From contig JALMLS010000420.1 of the NCBI GenBank assembly GCA_038496445.1, positions 372,001 through 436,000 of the forward strand: a stretch of 64,000 nt of DNA. The letters run 5' to 3'. The notes below the pieces were generated by a model, which saw only the letters and a list, made by a program, of their open reading frames with translations, did no database searches and had not been told where the DNA came from. Made by a program: the position numbers and the translations under genes. This document shows, piece by piece, positions 50,001-63,400 of this stretch; position 1 is the stretch's first letter; every line of letters starts with the position of its first letter. Origin of the DNA: Trichosphaerium sp. ATCC 40318. Its lineage: Eukaryota; Protista; Tubulinea.

Positions 50001-53000
50001 ACTGAGTCATACCTAAAAAACAAACAATTGAGTAAGGGAGCACTAAAAATAACTTTTGTTGTCTTAGTTACCCTCAATCCAATCTTTAATCATTGTGTGA
50101 CTCTGTGTTGGAGTATCAAACGTAGATCCATACGTCTAGGGAAAAACCAAAGTCAACACATACACTAGCTCTTTTCTTTAGAAAAATACCTTTCTTCCAT
50201 AAGTCCAGAAATAACGATCAATAACAGACCACTGAGGACAAGATGAACGAAATGGAAGTCTCCTACATAGTATATTTGAGTAACAGGACCCTTGGGGCGA
50301 GGTGAAAGGTCAAAGTGACGCACTGTTGATCAGCTTTACCATAAGGACCTTCGTCTAAATTTGCTCCTTGAGCTTTGAATAAATGCCCAACACGTTCTTC
50401 TGCTAGATGTCTGCATTCTCCATTTCTTCTCTCAATTGTCTTTTTTACCAAGTCGGAACCACCTCTGCTTATTTGCATAGCATACCTCCAGTACTTTCCA
50501 TTAACTACAAGCCAAAATTAACTTTTTGGTTTCATCACAACAACACCAGTTTATCTTCAAACAACGTACTGTTCAACCGAACAAATGATACATCACTAGT
50601 ACCCAAACCAAGTTTTTGACATGTACGGTAAAATATAGGTGTAGTATACATTGTACATCCTTGTTGCATCTTGTGAAGAATATATACTCCTTGTCCGTTT
50701 ACTTGTGACCATTTTGGGAACGCCAAGCGCCAAGAACTACCCTTGTGATTTCCTGTGGCAGGTTTTGGTGTAATACTTGAGCTAATGTCAACACCATTGT
50801 CCCTTTTGAAAGGGAGTAAGTAAGTATGACTTTATTAAGTCAAATGGGGTTTTTTTTTTTGGTTTTTCAAAAAAAGATTGTTGAAATAGGAGCGTACCTG
50901 TTCCATCTGGAACCTTGAAATCTTACTCTTGAGTTTAGAATAACTGTACCTGTAGGTTCATGTACTACTACAGCATTTTCTCTGCCACCAAAAGATTCTC
51001 TCAAATCACATTTGTTGGTACCAGTTACACGGGCATCATTTTGATGAAAATTGCAATTTGTTAAAAGTTGAGCCCAATTTGTTGGTTCAATAAACAAATG
51101 CCAAATGGGTGTTGTTGTATGATAAATGGGCTTTACAAAGTAACCAAAATATCTGTATGGATCTGTTTTTCTTGGTGCCTCGAAGGAGCTAAAGTAGAAA
51201 CACAGGGTAAACAAAGTTACTTGCAAAAAAAACCAAAAAAATCGTACGTCGCATCTGCCAATGTTGCAACAACTTTGTACTTTACAACTGTGTTTTCAGG
51301 GTACCCAGCAGGGATACTGTAAGAGTATATTGCGGAATTTTGAGGATCCTATATTATAATATGTTACTGCTAGAGGGCAAAAGGTAGGGTTTTTTTTTTG
51401 TAAATTACCTGAACCATAGTCCTTGCGATAGGTGACTGACTAGTCTCATCAATTGCATTATAAGAAAAGTATGTGAGTTGAACAGTAACTCCTTGTGCAG
51501 GAACTGGGTCAAGCTCGACTGAGATCGTAACCTAAATAACTTAGTAAGAAAACTAAAACAAACTTGTATTTTTTTTCCTGGAAAGAAGAAATTTTTTTGT
51601 TGAGAAACGTACAACATCTCCTGCAACAATATTCTTCCTTGGTGGATCAAAATCAATATCCTTGATACCAGGTAATACATGATTAGACGTAATAGGATTA
51701 GCTGATCCTGGTGAAGGGTCATCAGCTTCCCAATTATAAGCCTTATATCCAGGCTCAGACCAACTCTTTCTTTGAAGAGATAATCCATTAAACTGGTAGT
51801 TGTCATATGTGCTTGCATAAGGAGATTGTCCAGCGATTTGATACTCAGGACCATCACCCAAAGCATCTACAGTCAAGGTCAATAAAAAAAGATATAAGGG
51901 CTCCCAGTGGAAGGTTGTGAATGGCTCAAAACATCATTTACCTGCAGCTGTTGGCCATGGGAATTCGTCATCATAATCGACATAATCGACTGTATAACCA
52001 TCCTCATTTACAATAGCTACCTTTTCACCACCATTAGATAGTTCTCCGCTGTATGGACCTAGCGGTGTTGTAGATAGACTATATTCGCTCTGAACCTTGC
52101 TTACATCCCTTGCGATAACTATGTAACAGCGTTAAAGGCGTCTAACGACTTTTACATGTGATTAAGGCGTACCAAGGTATTGCTTAGAACCAATAATAGT
52201 GCCTGCAGGGAATTTGTAGTCAACAAGGTCTTCTGACAATAAACGCCAGTGTGAGATGTCTACATTGAAGTTTTCGTTGTTGAATATCTCAACAAACTCA
52301 TGAGCATCGTACATAGTACGCTATTAATAGTGTGAGCGATTAGAGTACATAACAGGCTGTTATTGTACCTCTTCTACCGGACTGTACATAATTTCAGATA
52401 TTTTAATATCTCTCTTTTGTACTACACCAACAGGACAGTTTTGGTATGTAGGACCAAAGCCAGGTGTACCACCCCATTCAGCATGTCTGTCTGGGCTCAC
52501 TAGTTGTTTAATGAGCGGAGAAATCGAAGTCTAGACTTGGAAAAAAAATACAAAATAAAGGATAAAGGTAAAAAAAAACGTACCTGGAGCAGGTGTAGCA
52601 ACCCAGAAGTTTGCGTTATCGTATGCTGTTGTAGAATAACAAATGAGCTCCAAAGACGATCCAAAACCATCTGCAAGAGGGTCCCAAGGGAAGCGATCAT
52701 TGTAGGTAACAGAGAAGCTACAAGGAAAAGGACGTGAGTGAGTGTACGGGACAATTATACGAAACTGCGTACTGAACGGCAGAAGCACTAGTAAGAAGTT
52801 GTAGAGTTTCCCCACTGTTGCTTAAGGTTCCAACATAACTGGTAGAAATCACTTGAGATGATTGCAGGTTGTCGTAAGCCCTAAAACGGAATATTTGTAC
52901 TGAATTGATAAATTTTCTGATAAAAGCAAAAACAATACTACAAACCACTAAATACAACTAGCAATATCGCAATAAAATGTTTGAGCGATAGATACGTTTG

Positions 53001-53542
53001 CTGACGTCAGAAATTGGGAATTTGACTGTTTTGCTTTTTTTTCGATGTAACGCAGCGTAAACTGCTAAAAACATGTTGCGGGTGCGTACGCTAGTAGTGT
53101 ATCCCTATTTTTGGCCAAAACCAAGTAATTCCCTGCGCCAATTGAAACTGAAGGAAATACGTAGTCTGGTTCTCCAACGCCTAAAAACAACGCATTCATT
53201 AGTATTTTTTGTGTATCCATAACAGTCGAAACGCACCGGAAATTTTCCATCCATTGAGATTAACAGAGCTACCTCCTTTGTTGTACAGTTCAATGTATTC
53301 GTACTCGTCATCTGAAATACGAGCGTTGTACATAATCTCAGATATAATAACCTATAAAACATCTCTCAGTACCGCTACTAGGCCACCAAACAAGCCTGCC
53401 AAGTCGACAATGAAACTAAAATACGTACTTGACCGAGAGCATTAATAATCAACGCAGATAGCACTATAAGCGCCGTTGTCTTGCCTAGTTAACGTTTAAA
53501 TCAAGGTGGTACAAAACCAGTTTTAAATGTACTTGAAACCAT
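47040..53542 (-). CDS. Large type I membrane protein: 2 lamin-tail domains (LTD) + CotH kinase + FN3 + Pro/Thr stalk + TM + cytoplasmic PPxY and zinc finger
   Basis: LTD1: IISEIMYN..EYEYIELYN..LSNSGE..WDPLADGFGSSLE. LTD2: ISEIMYSP..HEFVEIFN..LSNGGE. CotH: RVRFQGSRWNR, WDDVFHNQFFYK..GKWSRFPWDADR. FN3: VSWTQP..GAPVTSY. Tail: PPPPAY, CSLC..CQSC. Confidence 0.82.
48497..48640 (-). repeat. Coding 15-bp tandem repeat (PPTTL)n
   Basis: About nine imperfect copies encoding PPTTL, PPTTA or SPTTL in ORF 48323-48631. Confidence 0.85.
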
Positions 53543-54025
53543 AGCTTTAATTACTACAAGTTGCCTATACCACAGGAGGTGGCAACTAGCGCTTTACTTT
53601 CTGTTTTTATAGTTTGACTAACATGGAAAGCGTAATCCATTAAAACTTGATGGCGTGCTTGCTTTCTGTAGTGATTGTTAAACAACCATAACCACAACGT
53701 CCACAAACTGGTTTGTCCGACATTATCGGTCACCCTTTTTTTTTTTGAAGCCAAACGTGCATGCAAATTATTGCCAGTGTTGGTTTTCATGAAGAAACGC
53801 TTACGTCATTGTGTAATGGCTGACTGTTTGAAAAATCAGAGGATTTTATCATAATTTGTTTGTCAAACTAAGATTACAATGCGATGACACAGAACTATAG
53901 GTATTACAATATTGGTCGTGGCGTGGCAGTGTCAAATATTTCTAACAAAATTCGCTGAAAGCTATTCTGTGACACGAACAGTTGCAATTTAGTAAACTCT
54001 AACTACAACACGCATCTACTCCGCA

Positions 54026-54991
54026 ATGAATAATAGCAATAACAACACCATAACTAATAGTACAGGCTGCCAAACTTCTAAATCCAACTGCACCGCGTCG
54101 GGGTATCGCTGCGGGATTCACCGGGAAGGGTACCCTCTTTTTAAACGGGTTCAATACCTTCTATGTGTCGACAAGTTTTGAAGTAGCAACAAACTTCAAA
54201 ACTAACTTCACCGTCAACACATGGTTGAGCGGTGTTGCTACAGACGAGAGCGCGTTTGTTGTTACAAGCTTTAAAGCAAACAAGAAGCGAACCGCCATAA
54301 AACTCACCGACGGTGGCGTAAAATTGTTGACAGTACCAAACGTACGCGCTCCACTGATTTACAAAACAAAATTAACTCACAAATAGGCTGGTGGGTCATC
54401 TGTCCACTCTGAGGTTATGTCTTTTGAAGTTTTGGCCGCTTTGCATAACGCAACGTTGTGTCAAACAGAAATGGTACGTTTTAAAGCTTATAGCGATGAA
54501 TTCCATTTCTGACATGTTTTTTCAGGAGATAACCTACGCAGGGTCTTCAAATATAACTGACTACAGTGTATTCACGGAGGGTAATGTATTCGGTGTATCA
54601 GTAACGCGAGCAATGAAGTTTGGAGCTGGGAAATTCACTTCAAATGACGCTTTTGTTTTGTTGAAGAAAAAACTCAAAGGCGTGGTTGAATCTACAAAAA
54701 ACGTAGTGGGTAACAAGACCTGGAAAAAACAGATATTGCACGTGTGGTACGTCCTTCTCGCGAGAAATCCGAATTTGACGTCATTCTTTGAATTATCTTG
54801 TTTTTCCCTTATTTGTTGGAAGTATTTTGGGCTTACACGTGATTTTCAGGGCTGAGGAAGATTACATAGCTGAGACTTTATTTAAAGTTTGGAAATGTAT
54901 GAAAGTAAAAGAGAAGAGTAATACATTGGTGTATGTTACTGTAAGCAAGAATGCGAAATGGATATTTTACGAGCCATGGAAGGTTGAGTAA
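54026..54991 (+). CDS. AAC4-like protein (Dictyostelium AAC-rich mRNA clone AAC4 family); 5' end uncertain
   Basis: PNAGGSSVHSEVMSFEVL, TEMEITY, ITDY, FGVSVTRAM, LLKKKL, WKKQILHVW, NTLVYVTV. The upstream ATG frame is offset by one base at a GGGG run near 54100. Confidence 0.75.
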
Positions 54992-55149
54992 AACTAGCTT
55001 TGTAAATAAAACTGCCACTGAGGATACTGTTCAACAGTGGCTTAATCGATTAAAAACGTTACAATCACTACACCTAAAAGAAAAACTATGATATCTACGT
55101 ATAATTACTAAAGTTGGTTGTTTTGGCTTTTTTTTTTGACGTCTTAGCC

Positions 55150-56195
55150 AAGCCTGGTATGCTAGCGTTTGCACAAGTTTATAGGACGTATTTATTTTCC
55201 GACAAACGTTGGGCAAACTTTCCGAAATAGAAGAATAAAAACTGCGGCTAGTAAGAAAACTCCTACGTACACAATTTTGAACCAAACAAACTTTAATTAC
55301 AGCCGTAAGCTAATTTTGTTTATTATTTTGCTACAACGAGCAAGCCCATGCTACCGCATCGATATTTACAGCAAAGTCGAAAGAACGAAGCTCCATGTAT
55401 GATGAACTATTATTGCACTTCCATACCCACGTGATAGCAAGGTTTTCATTTATAATGCTGCTTATTTCAAGTTTTACTTCACACCAACGCGCAGCTTCCG
55501 TTTTTTTCATTGTAAATCGCCAAGACCGACCTTTTTTCCGCGTATCAAGCATGTTAACCCACCTGCAAATAGAGTTAAAACATCAACAGTTGTGAAGTTT
55601 AGCCAAACTGTTCCTTCCTTTGAAAAATTAAAAGGCTTTACCTAGATATTGATCTGTACGTGCTATACGCGTTGATAGGTCTCTTACTCTTCTCTGAGCA
55701 GAAAATTGCAATGGAGAGCATAAACGAGTCGTGATTACTAGTATGGATAAGGAAAACCAAACGCTCCGCAATTGTATTCAATTGAAGTGTAAAAAAAAAC
55801 CGTACACCACATTATAATATCTTCCCTCCTGACCCTCAACAGGTACAACGCCTATCCTCAGCAATATTGTCATAGCCAATGCGTATAATACAGGCCTTGT
55901 ATTTTTACCGAAGAACTTTTGTAGTATTGGGTCATAGTCCAAAGAGAAGAGGGAGAAGGGATCCTTTTGTAAAAAATTAGCTACAAAGAATAAAAAATTA
56001 CTTCCAGAAGAGATTTTTTGGATAATGTTTTGCCCGCTTTTTAAAACAACGTACTGCACTCTCATTGTCTTTACTGCCATTACCATCTTTATTGCCATTC
56101 GCCGCCAAGCTCACCTCGCTGTATGTAGGGACGCCCATATTACTTGTGTTTAGTACAGTACAATACTGAGGGCTTCTGTTTGTAGTTGGTATCAT
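55150..56195 (-). CDS. Hypothetical protein (multi-exon, boundaries approximate)
   Basis: ATG-initiated exon 55998-56195 plus GT-AG-bounded open exons 55778-56098 and 55331-55552. No family recognised. Confidence 0.4.
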
Positions 56196-56579
56196 GGTGA
56201 ACGTGTTGTGAATACTTTACAGTTGGCGAAGAGGGTGGAATGCCAATGATTGAGTGCGGCAATGTGATTTCAGGGCGAGTGTCAAAATTTTATGACACGT
56301 TTTATCATTAAAGCGAAATGGGATGCTTCCAATGGTGTTCCATGTTACGAGAAAGCTAAAAAAGACCCTCAAACTTCGCTTTTTTTCCTCTGAGCTAGCG
56401 TCGCGGCTGATTTCTTTGCCTTGTTTTTTTGAAACTATTCGTACGTAACCAAGCGGTAATGGAGATATGAACTTTGTAGTCGCGTCTAGAAAAGGTAAAT
56501 GATGAGTATTTTATCAGTATTTTATCTCAGAGGTGATTTCTTTTGGGGTTTTTAACTTGAAAAGTAATAAAAATCACGT

Positions 56580-57180
56580 GCCTGTAGTGTTTAACGAAGG
56601 GGTGTTAATTTACGCGGTTGGTGCGACTCGGAAGCTCAGAAATGAAGTATTTTCGATGTGTTGTATAGCGTCAGAGACGTCGATGTGTTGGTGTGAAGTA
56701 AACCATGAAATCAGTAGCCTCTTACCAGCATTGCAGCATTATATCTTGAAAAAAGTATCTCCGTAAGGATGATACCTCCACTGCCTGTAGCAGTAAGTTA
56801 GAAAGAGACGCAAGCGATATGGTTCTTGACCGTAAATGCTATTTTCTTACCTTATCGCAATGAGTTATTGCTTGAGAGAGTGAAGCTGGTTGTAGCAGAA
56901 AACAATACGATATTCCTACAAATTTTCAACTTGTTGTGTTCAACAATCTTCTCGTAGGTGCGTACCTTATTACTTCCCAACAGGTCCATACTTCTGTAAA
57001 TCAATAGAGGCACGAACTGAGAGCTTCAATCGCTAATCGTAGCTGTCCGCAAAGTTAGTGATGGAAGTCACAAAAGAACTTCCTTGGCAACGTCACTAGT
57101 ACACGAGTGCCAAGCATGTATGTTGGCCAGTAAATTTTCTGCAGCGCTGCCGCAAGTTCAGTGTTATGAAAGCTTTACTG
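56580..57180 (-). pseudogene. Intron-retaining degraded gene
   Basis: Two well-formed GT-AG introns in compatible phase, but the joined frame contains several TGA and TAA stops. Confidence 0.4.
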
Positions 57181-57880
57181 ACTACAGCTAACCTTCGTTA
57201 CTGTAAAGGTTATGATAACGCACACAGACCTCCAGAAAACGTGTCACTGGCTTGCACATTTAATTCTGCTCGTAACTCCTGCACTGGCACAAACTACAGC
57301 TAGTTTAGCGACTGCTCAAGCGGTGTTTGGAAAGTTTGACAATAGACTCGTAGCTACAGTTGCTCTCGCTGAAACATCACAAGGACGAGATTATAAATCT
57401 ATTCATTTTTTCATTCTATTGGAGTAACAGCTCAGTTGTCAATAAATCACGTGATTGTTCCAGGTTTTGTTTCCATTATTGCAATTGTTCTCATTACGGA
57501 TAATTTTTCGAATGACGTTGGGAATGGTTCTAAGCTTCACCCAGGTACTTCACTTTCACTTGTATGGAATATTCAAATGTTGTGGAAACTCCGTTTATTT
57601 TCAGTACAAGTCCAAACATTCCAGTACAAGGACCTACGTACTTATGTAGCTCCGGAAGTAGCGTCACAGTGTTAGCACCAGTACGAATGATTCTATCAAC
57701 CCACTACCATCTTTTTGTATGACAACAATCATGATTCCGGTGGCAATTGAGTGCACGAAGTTTTGAGTTAAGTAGACACGATAAAAAAAACCAGCGAAAA
57801 ATCATAAAAACAATGGCTCTCTGGAGTGAGTTCACTGTTTATTGGGGTAGGTCATTCATTACCTTACACTTTCAAGACAT

Positions 57881-59622
57881 TTAGGTGTACATTTGAAGAA
57901 AAATGCCTACAGTCCTTGAACCATCACCAAGAGGTCTTAGAGATACATAGTATTCGTACATATCTTCAAATATCATTGTAATAGCTCTATGAGGTTTTGG
58001 CATTTTAGCCAATCGCCTTTCAAGAGCCCTGAGCCTCGTCTTTTGAGTCTTATGCTTCTTTTCATTTCCAAACATGGGGTATAATTTCTGAGCAATAATT
58101 GCATCATTCTTCCATTCGTTCTTCCATAGAGTCTTAAAGGTACCCTTGCAGACGTCATCGATAGGCAAATCAAAGTAAAGAATCCAAAGAGAAGAGTCAG
58201 CAGCCCATCCTGGAAACTCTTCTTTATCTAAGTCGCATAACAGCTTCTTGATTTCGAGTCTGTCTTTGTACATTTGTTCGAAGTCGTGCGAAGCAGAAAC
58301 ACATTTCTCGCATGGTTCTGATTTTTTTCCGATGGTACCACAAGGATACAAGCAATTGTCTTTGAAAATAACAGGTACTTTATCTCCTAAATCGGTAGCT
58401 AAACCACCACCACTAACGTTAAAGTCAAAACCAAGTCCGCCTTTGTTAAAACTTTTTGGTATTCCTATTTTTTCTTCATGACATTTTTCTATCCAGTGCT
58501 CCTTCGTTTCGGTTTCTTTCACGTTATCATCTTCACTCTCTTCACTGTCGTCGCTATTTTCACTGTCTTCTTTAACAACTCGTTGGCGTTTTTTGGACTT
58601 TGCGAGAGGTTCTGCAGCTTTGCGTTTGTTCTTCCTTGTCGGCTTTTTGTTTACTACCAGTGTTTGTCCTGTGGAGATACTTGCGAGAATTCTTTCAATT
58701 AGGACCTACAGAACTAGTCAGCGTATTTTAGATACTTCATATTGATACTACCTTTTTGCGTCCACCACACGACATGCCATTTGACATGCATATTTCCGTT
58801 AGTTCATCATATAAGTAAGTTTGAAATATTGCATCGTATGTGACGCCTTTTACAAGAGCTGGCTTCTTTGTATAAACCTTGGTTTTCTTTGGCTTTTTCG
58901 CTTTTCGTATTACATCTTCATTGTTGATAATAGCGTCGCAAACTAGACTTTTCGAATTGGTTTGGATCCTAGACAAGATAAATGAAAAAAACAAGAAAAT
59001 GAAGAAAAACTTCAAAACCGTACACTAGTTCCAAGTCATTCTCTGCCATGGATTTCAACATCTGGACAGGTAAGCGTTGGAGTAATAGTTGTAGTCCAAT
59101 TACGCAAGATTCTTCAACAATCAAATCGACTAAGGCATCTAGAGGTTTCTTTTTTATGTATTTTCTATCGTATCCTAAGTCTTCCAAAACAACTATCGAT
59201 ATTTCTTTTGATTGCTCGGCGAAGAACTCTTCAATACCACAACTATTGTTCATTAGCACGTCAATAAAAGGACGGCGTATTATGTTGCGTTAACGTACCT
59301 ACAGACGTAGTTTGTGATGAGTGATATCATTACGTTCTTACTTGAAGGATTGTCATTTTTTCTCACCGAAACGTCACTTAGTTTATCTAAATCAGCTTTT
59401 AGTCACGTGACAATTAAACTTTGTACCTCTAATAGATACCAGATGGTGTTTCTTTAGATTTTTAATAAAGTACTTGGCAGCGTTCTCTTGAACAGTATCG
59501 TTGATGGTATTAACAATATTGGCCTTAGTTGGGCGTGATTCAAACGAGATTAGTGCTTGCTTAGCGATAGCCAGCAGCGACTGTTTAGAAAATCTGCTGA
59601 GAACTTCTTTGGAGAATGACAT
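57881..59622 (-). CDS. SAP-motif-containing protein with charged linker and unknown C-terminal domain
   Basis: ELTEICMSNGMSCGGRKK|VLIERIL is a SAP-like motif. Similar helix-extension-helix at the N-terminus. Long terminal exon 57881-58700. Confidence 0.6.
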
Positions 59623-60449
59623 GTTGTTTGTGTCGCGGGAAATGTCAATATTGACGTTATGACATCTTCGAGGAAGTTAATAAAATTGATATTTTTAAAC
59701 GGTCAATTGGCAGGCTTTAATTTTTGTACATAAACTGTTGTCTATTGTTTCCGTTACGTGTCACAATATGATCCTTCGCTGGCGGGAAATAGTCTTTCTC
59801 AGAAAGACAACAGTCATTTTGGCGGGTGTTCGCATCAATATGGTGACTCAGATTCGCCAATACAGTTTAATCAAGCACGCACGTTTACTGTAAAATCGGG
59901 AAACTCAACATGTCAAGGCTCATGTACATTCGCTCACAAGGTTAAAATGGAAAGGTTGTTGCATACCTTAGATGGTATGGGGTATTATAACTGAGCAATC
60001 CATCTGTTGGATTTCGCTTTGCAAGCGTTTACGAGCTCATTTGACTCTTGTCATGCGTTCTCACGTAGTTATCTCGAAGCTCGAGAAGGTCAAACAAAAA
60101 CCAGTTTTCAGTTTAGGAATTCGCTTACAGGGATAATGTTAGCATGCTCACTCCAGAGTACGTATTACCCCATTATGCCTAGTACGAGTGCACCAAACAA
60201 TTGTACAACAAACTTTCCTTTTTTCAGTTATTACTTATTTCAAAATATGTTATTATTCTTACACATATGCCTTTCTTGGCTTGTCTTGAATCTACAAGAC
60301 AACTACAAACGAGAATGAGTTTATGTGCTCACGTCACGAACATTGAAAATATGGTTAAGCGTGTACAAAGTCATTGTTTTACTTCAATAAGTACAACTGG
60401 GTGCAATGGTATGGAGATATTTATTTTAATAAATTGACTGACATAGGTA

Positions 60450-63400
60450 TCATCCCCTACTCAAAAGGTATTCATCATCTTGAACCATTTGTGAGTAAGG
60501 ATACTCTTGTTTAGTGTTTCCTTTTAAGACTTCTATTACACGGTCTCTTACAAGCATTAACGTTGTCTTTTCAAGAGTGAGGTTTATTCTATAGTATCCA
60601 GGCTTTGAAGAAGTTCCTCCTATAGCCAACACGTGTTAAAACTTATAAATAGTTGCTTATTAATTAAAGGTTTTGTGACGCACCCATTCCAAATCCGTTT
60701 CCTCTTTGTCCTGTTATTCCCTTTCCAGCAAACAAATTATAACATTCTCCATTGGTCAAGTCATTACATTTTAACCTATCACATCAGTTGTTAGATACAG
60801 CTAAGACGAATACTATCTTACCAAAAGTAGCACGTGTACGGAATTGATTCAATTTCAAATCCATTGTTTGGGTTCTGTTCACTAGCTAAAATCACACCAT
60901 CCCAGAACTCTTTAAGTATAGCCTATGTACAAATAGATTCTTGAGAATCGTTGTCAAATGGCAATAGTATTTATACCTTGACGTCCTTGTTAAATTCGTC
61001 TCCTCCAGAGGTAGCCATGAACTGGAAAATGCGAAGAGCTCTTTTTAATAGTTTAGTTACTTATTTGATGATTTTTGGATGTACCTGTAAGCAGCAGTAA
61101 TGCTAACATGTTTCGATTGAGTTGTTACATATTCCGCCATTAAATCAGCTGTAGCCTTATCCTTTACCCAAGCCCATCCAAATCGACTATATTCAAAACC
61201 AGTTAATAATTTGTTAAGAAAACAGTCCGTAGTTTGAATAAAAAGCCACGTGCGTTGCTGCATGCCCTGGAAAAACAATAAATTAGCGGAAAGGAAAAAA
61301 ATAAGAACGGTAAAAAAATCGCTTGCTAACCTGTCATCTTTGTAAAGGTGTGAACAATGATTGGTGCGTCCTTTTTCTCAACACCATAAGGTACAAACCA
61401 AGGCCTAAGACATGTAATTACTATTACAACTAAGCAATCAAAACACTTACCAGTAATAAGCGTGATCCCTCATGTAAGTAAATTGCCCTGGCACGGATGG
61501 ATCTCTGTTGTCACCAGTTGGATTATTTGGTGTTGTTAGGATCTCAAAAGTACGTTTTGGATCAGGGTCGTCGCTGTTCCATACACACCTTTCTGCGAAC
61601 TTGTCGCATTGAGGCTTGTAAGCTGAATAGTACGGACGCCTTACATACATTTGTACAGTGTCTAAAGAACTGTTAGTCTATCCTACACGTTCAGCTAGAT
61701 CATACCTTGTAGTTGTTTTGAAACAGCATAAAAAGCAGCTGCTGTAAGTTGTCGAGCTCCTGTACCTAACACTAAGTACTTTTTCTCAGGGTCCTTAAAA
61801 ATTGTAAGAAGGAAATATCTAAGCTCGATGCTTAAGTGTACCAGTATATTTCCAAACTTGTTATGGGCAGCAATGATAGCTGATTTAAGGGCACCGAGGA
61901 GTCCAGGTGTGTTTTCACTTCCAAGTGCTGCAATGCCCAAGTTATTTTCGTCAAATCTATAACAACCAGGTAAGTAATCGGAAGAAAAAACCGAATTCGG
62001 TTCACCTGTAGTTTGTAGGTGACACAACATCTATGAGCAAAATTAGCATGATACACATACAGTAGGTATATGTTGTTACCTGGTATATTTAAGCGTTCTC
62101 TATTTTCGTTGAACCAAGCAGACATTAAGTAAGGCATTCCTGATGTAAAATTAGATGAAAAGCACGTGTTGAAAAAGAAGAAGGTAGGTGTACCTGAAGA
62201 TGCACTCACACGGCAATCAGTGTTAAACACAGAGCAGTCGGTTTGAGTGTAGCAAGGGTAACATGTACATGTACCAGTATCAGGGTATACAATGCCATTA
62301 ACGCAATCAACAGCAGTCAATGGTTTATAAACATCTTTCAGTGTCACAGGCAAATGAACCTTGAATGTAGTGGTTAGGTAAAGCAATGTAGCAAAGCGAT
62401 TGTACTTGTTCTTTCATAGTATTGTAGTCTCCTCCGACTGCTTGTCGTAATTTTGGTGTCAAAATACTGAAGGTGTCTTCATGAAGTCCAAGATTTATTC
62501 GAACATGTCCAGGTACTCCAGTCATTCCAAAATCGCTTCCACTTAAACGATTGATGAGAAAAAGTGAGACCAAGAACTCAAAGTCTTACCTTGCTACGAG
62601 GATCTCGTATTTACTAAAGTGAGCGACGCAAGCCGCGCTGTCAATGAAACTACATTTGACCCACAAAAATGGAGTTCCTTCTTCACTATCAATGGTGAAC
62701 TCCTTATTGTTTTCTACAAGTATTAGTAACACTAAGACAGACACTGAAATAGTAAGAGTACCAAATATTTGTTTGATAACAGACCATCTATTATTCATTT
62801 CGTTGTTTATCCATGAGATATAATTATCACTGTTTTCCAGTACTTTTTCTATCATTGTAAATGTTCGGAAAACCGTATCCACACTGATATGGATAGTGTT
62901 GGCATTTATGTAGCTAGATACCGCTCGCGCTACACTAGAATCTCTAAAACAAGCCCACCCGAAACTCCTAGCAAGACATGTCAACACACGGCCTCACAGT
63001 GAGGACGTACATTGAACTCTGACCAGTAATTGCTTCCATGTCAAACACGTGAATAGGAGCTTCTCTGCTAAGGTCTCCTTTTCTCCATAAAGGCCAATTT
63101 AAGGTCTAGAAACAAGGTGAGTGTACACAATAGTTGGTAAGAAACGAGAGAAGGGTGTACATTATCTTCAATCCAAAAGTTGTTACTTGTGAATTGTCTT
63201 TCGCCGTACTTGCCAGTTGTGTAACTGGGCGCCAAAACAACCTAAAAAGACAAAATGAGAAAGCTGGTACGTGTTAAGAGTGAAGATACCTCAAAAAGAT
63301 TAGATTCAGTAGGATTACTTGATGACCATTTACAACGTTTGTCAGTAAAGTCACAGAACTCTTTGTTGTGTTTTGAATACGGTGCCTCACTGTACATCTC

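Noticed and set aside
59758-60318. Two same-frame ORFs separated by one TGA (possible second selenoprotein)
   Set aside because: The TGA lies in a TPR-like helix context (GYYN*AIHLL), not a redox motif, and I saw no SECIS. A decayed gene or chance is more likely.
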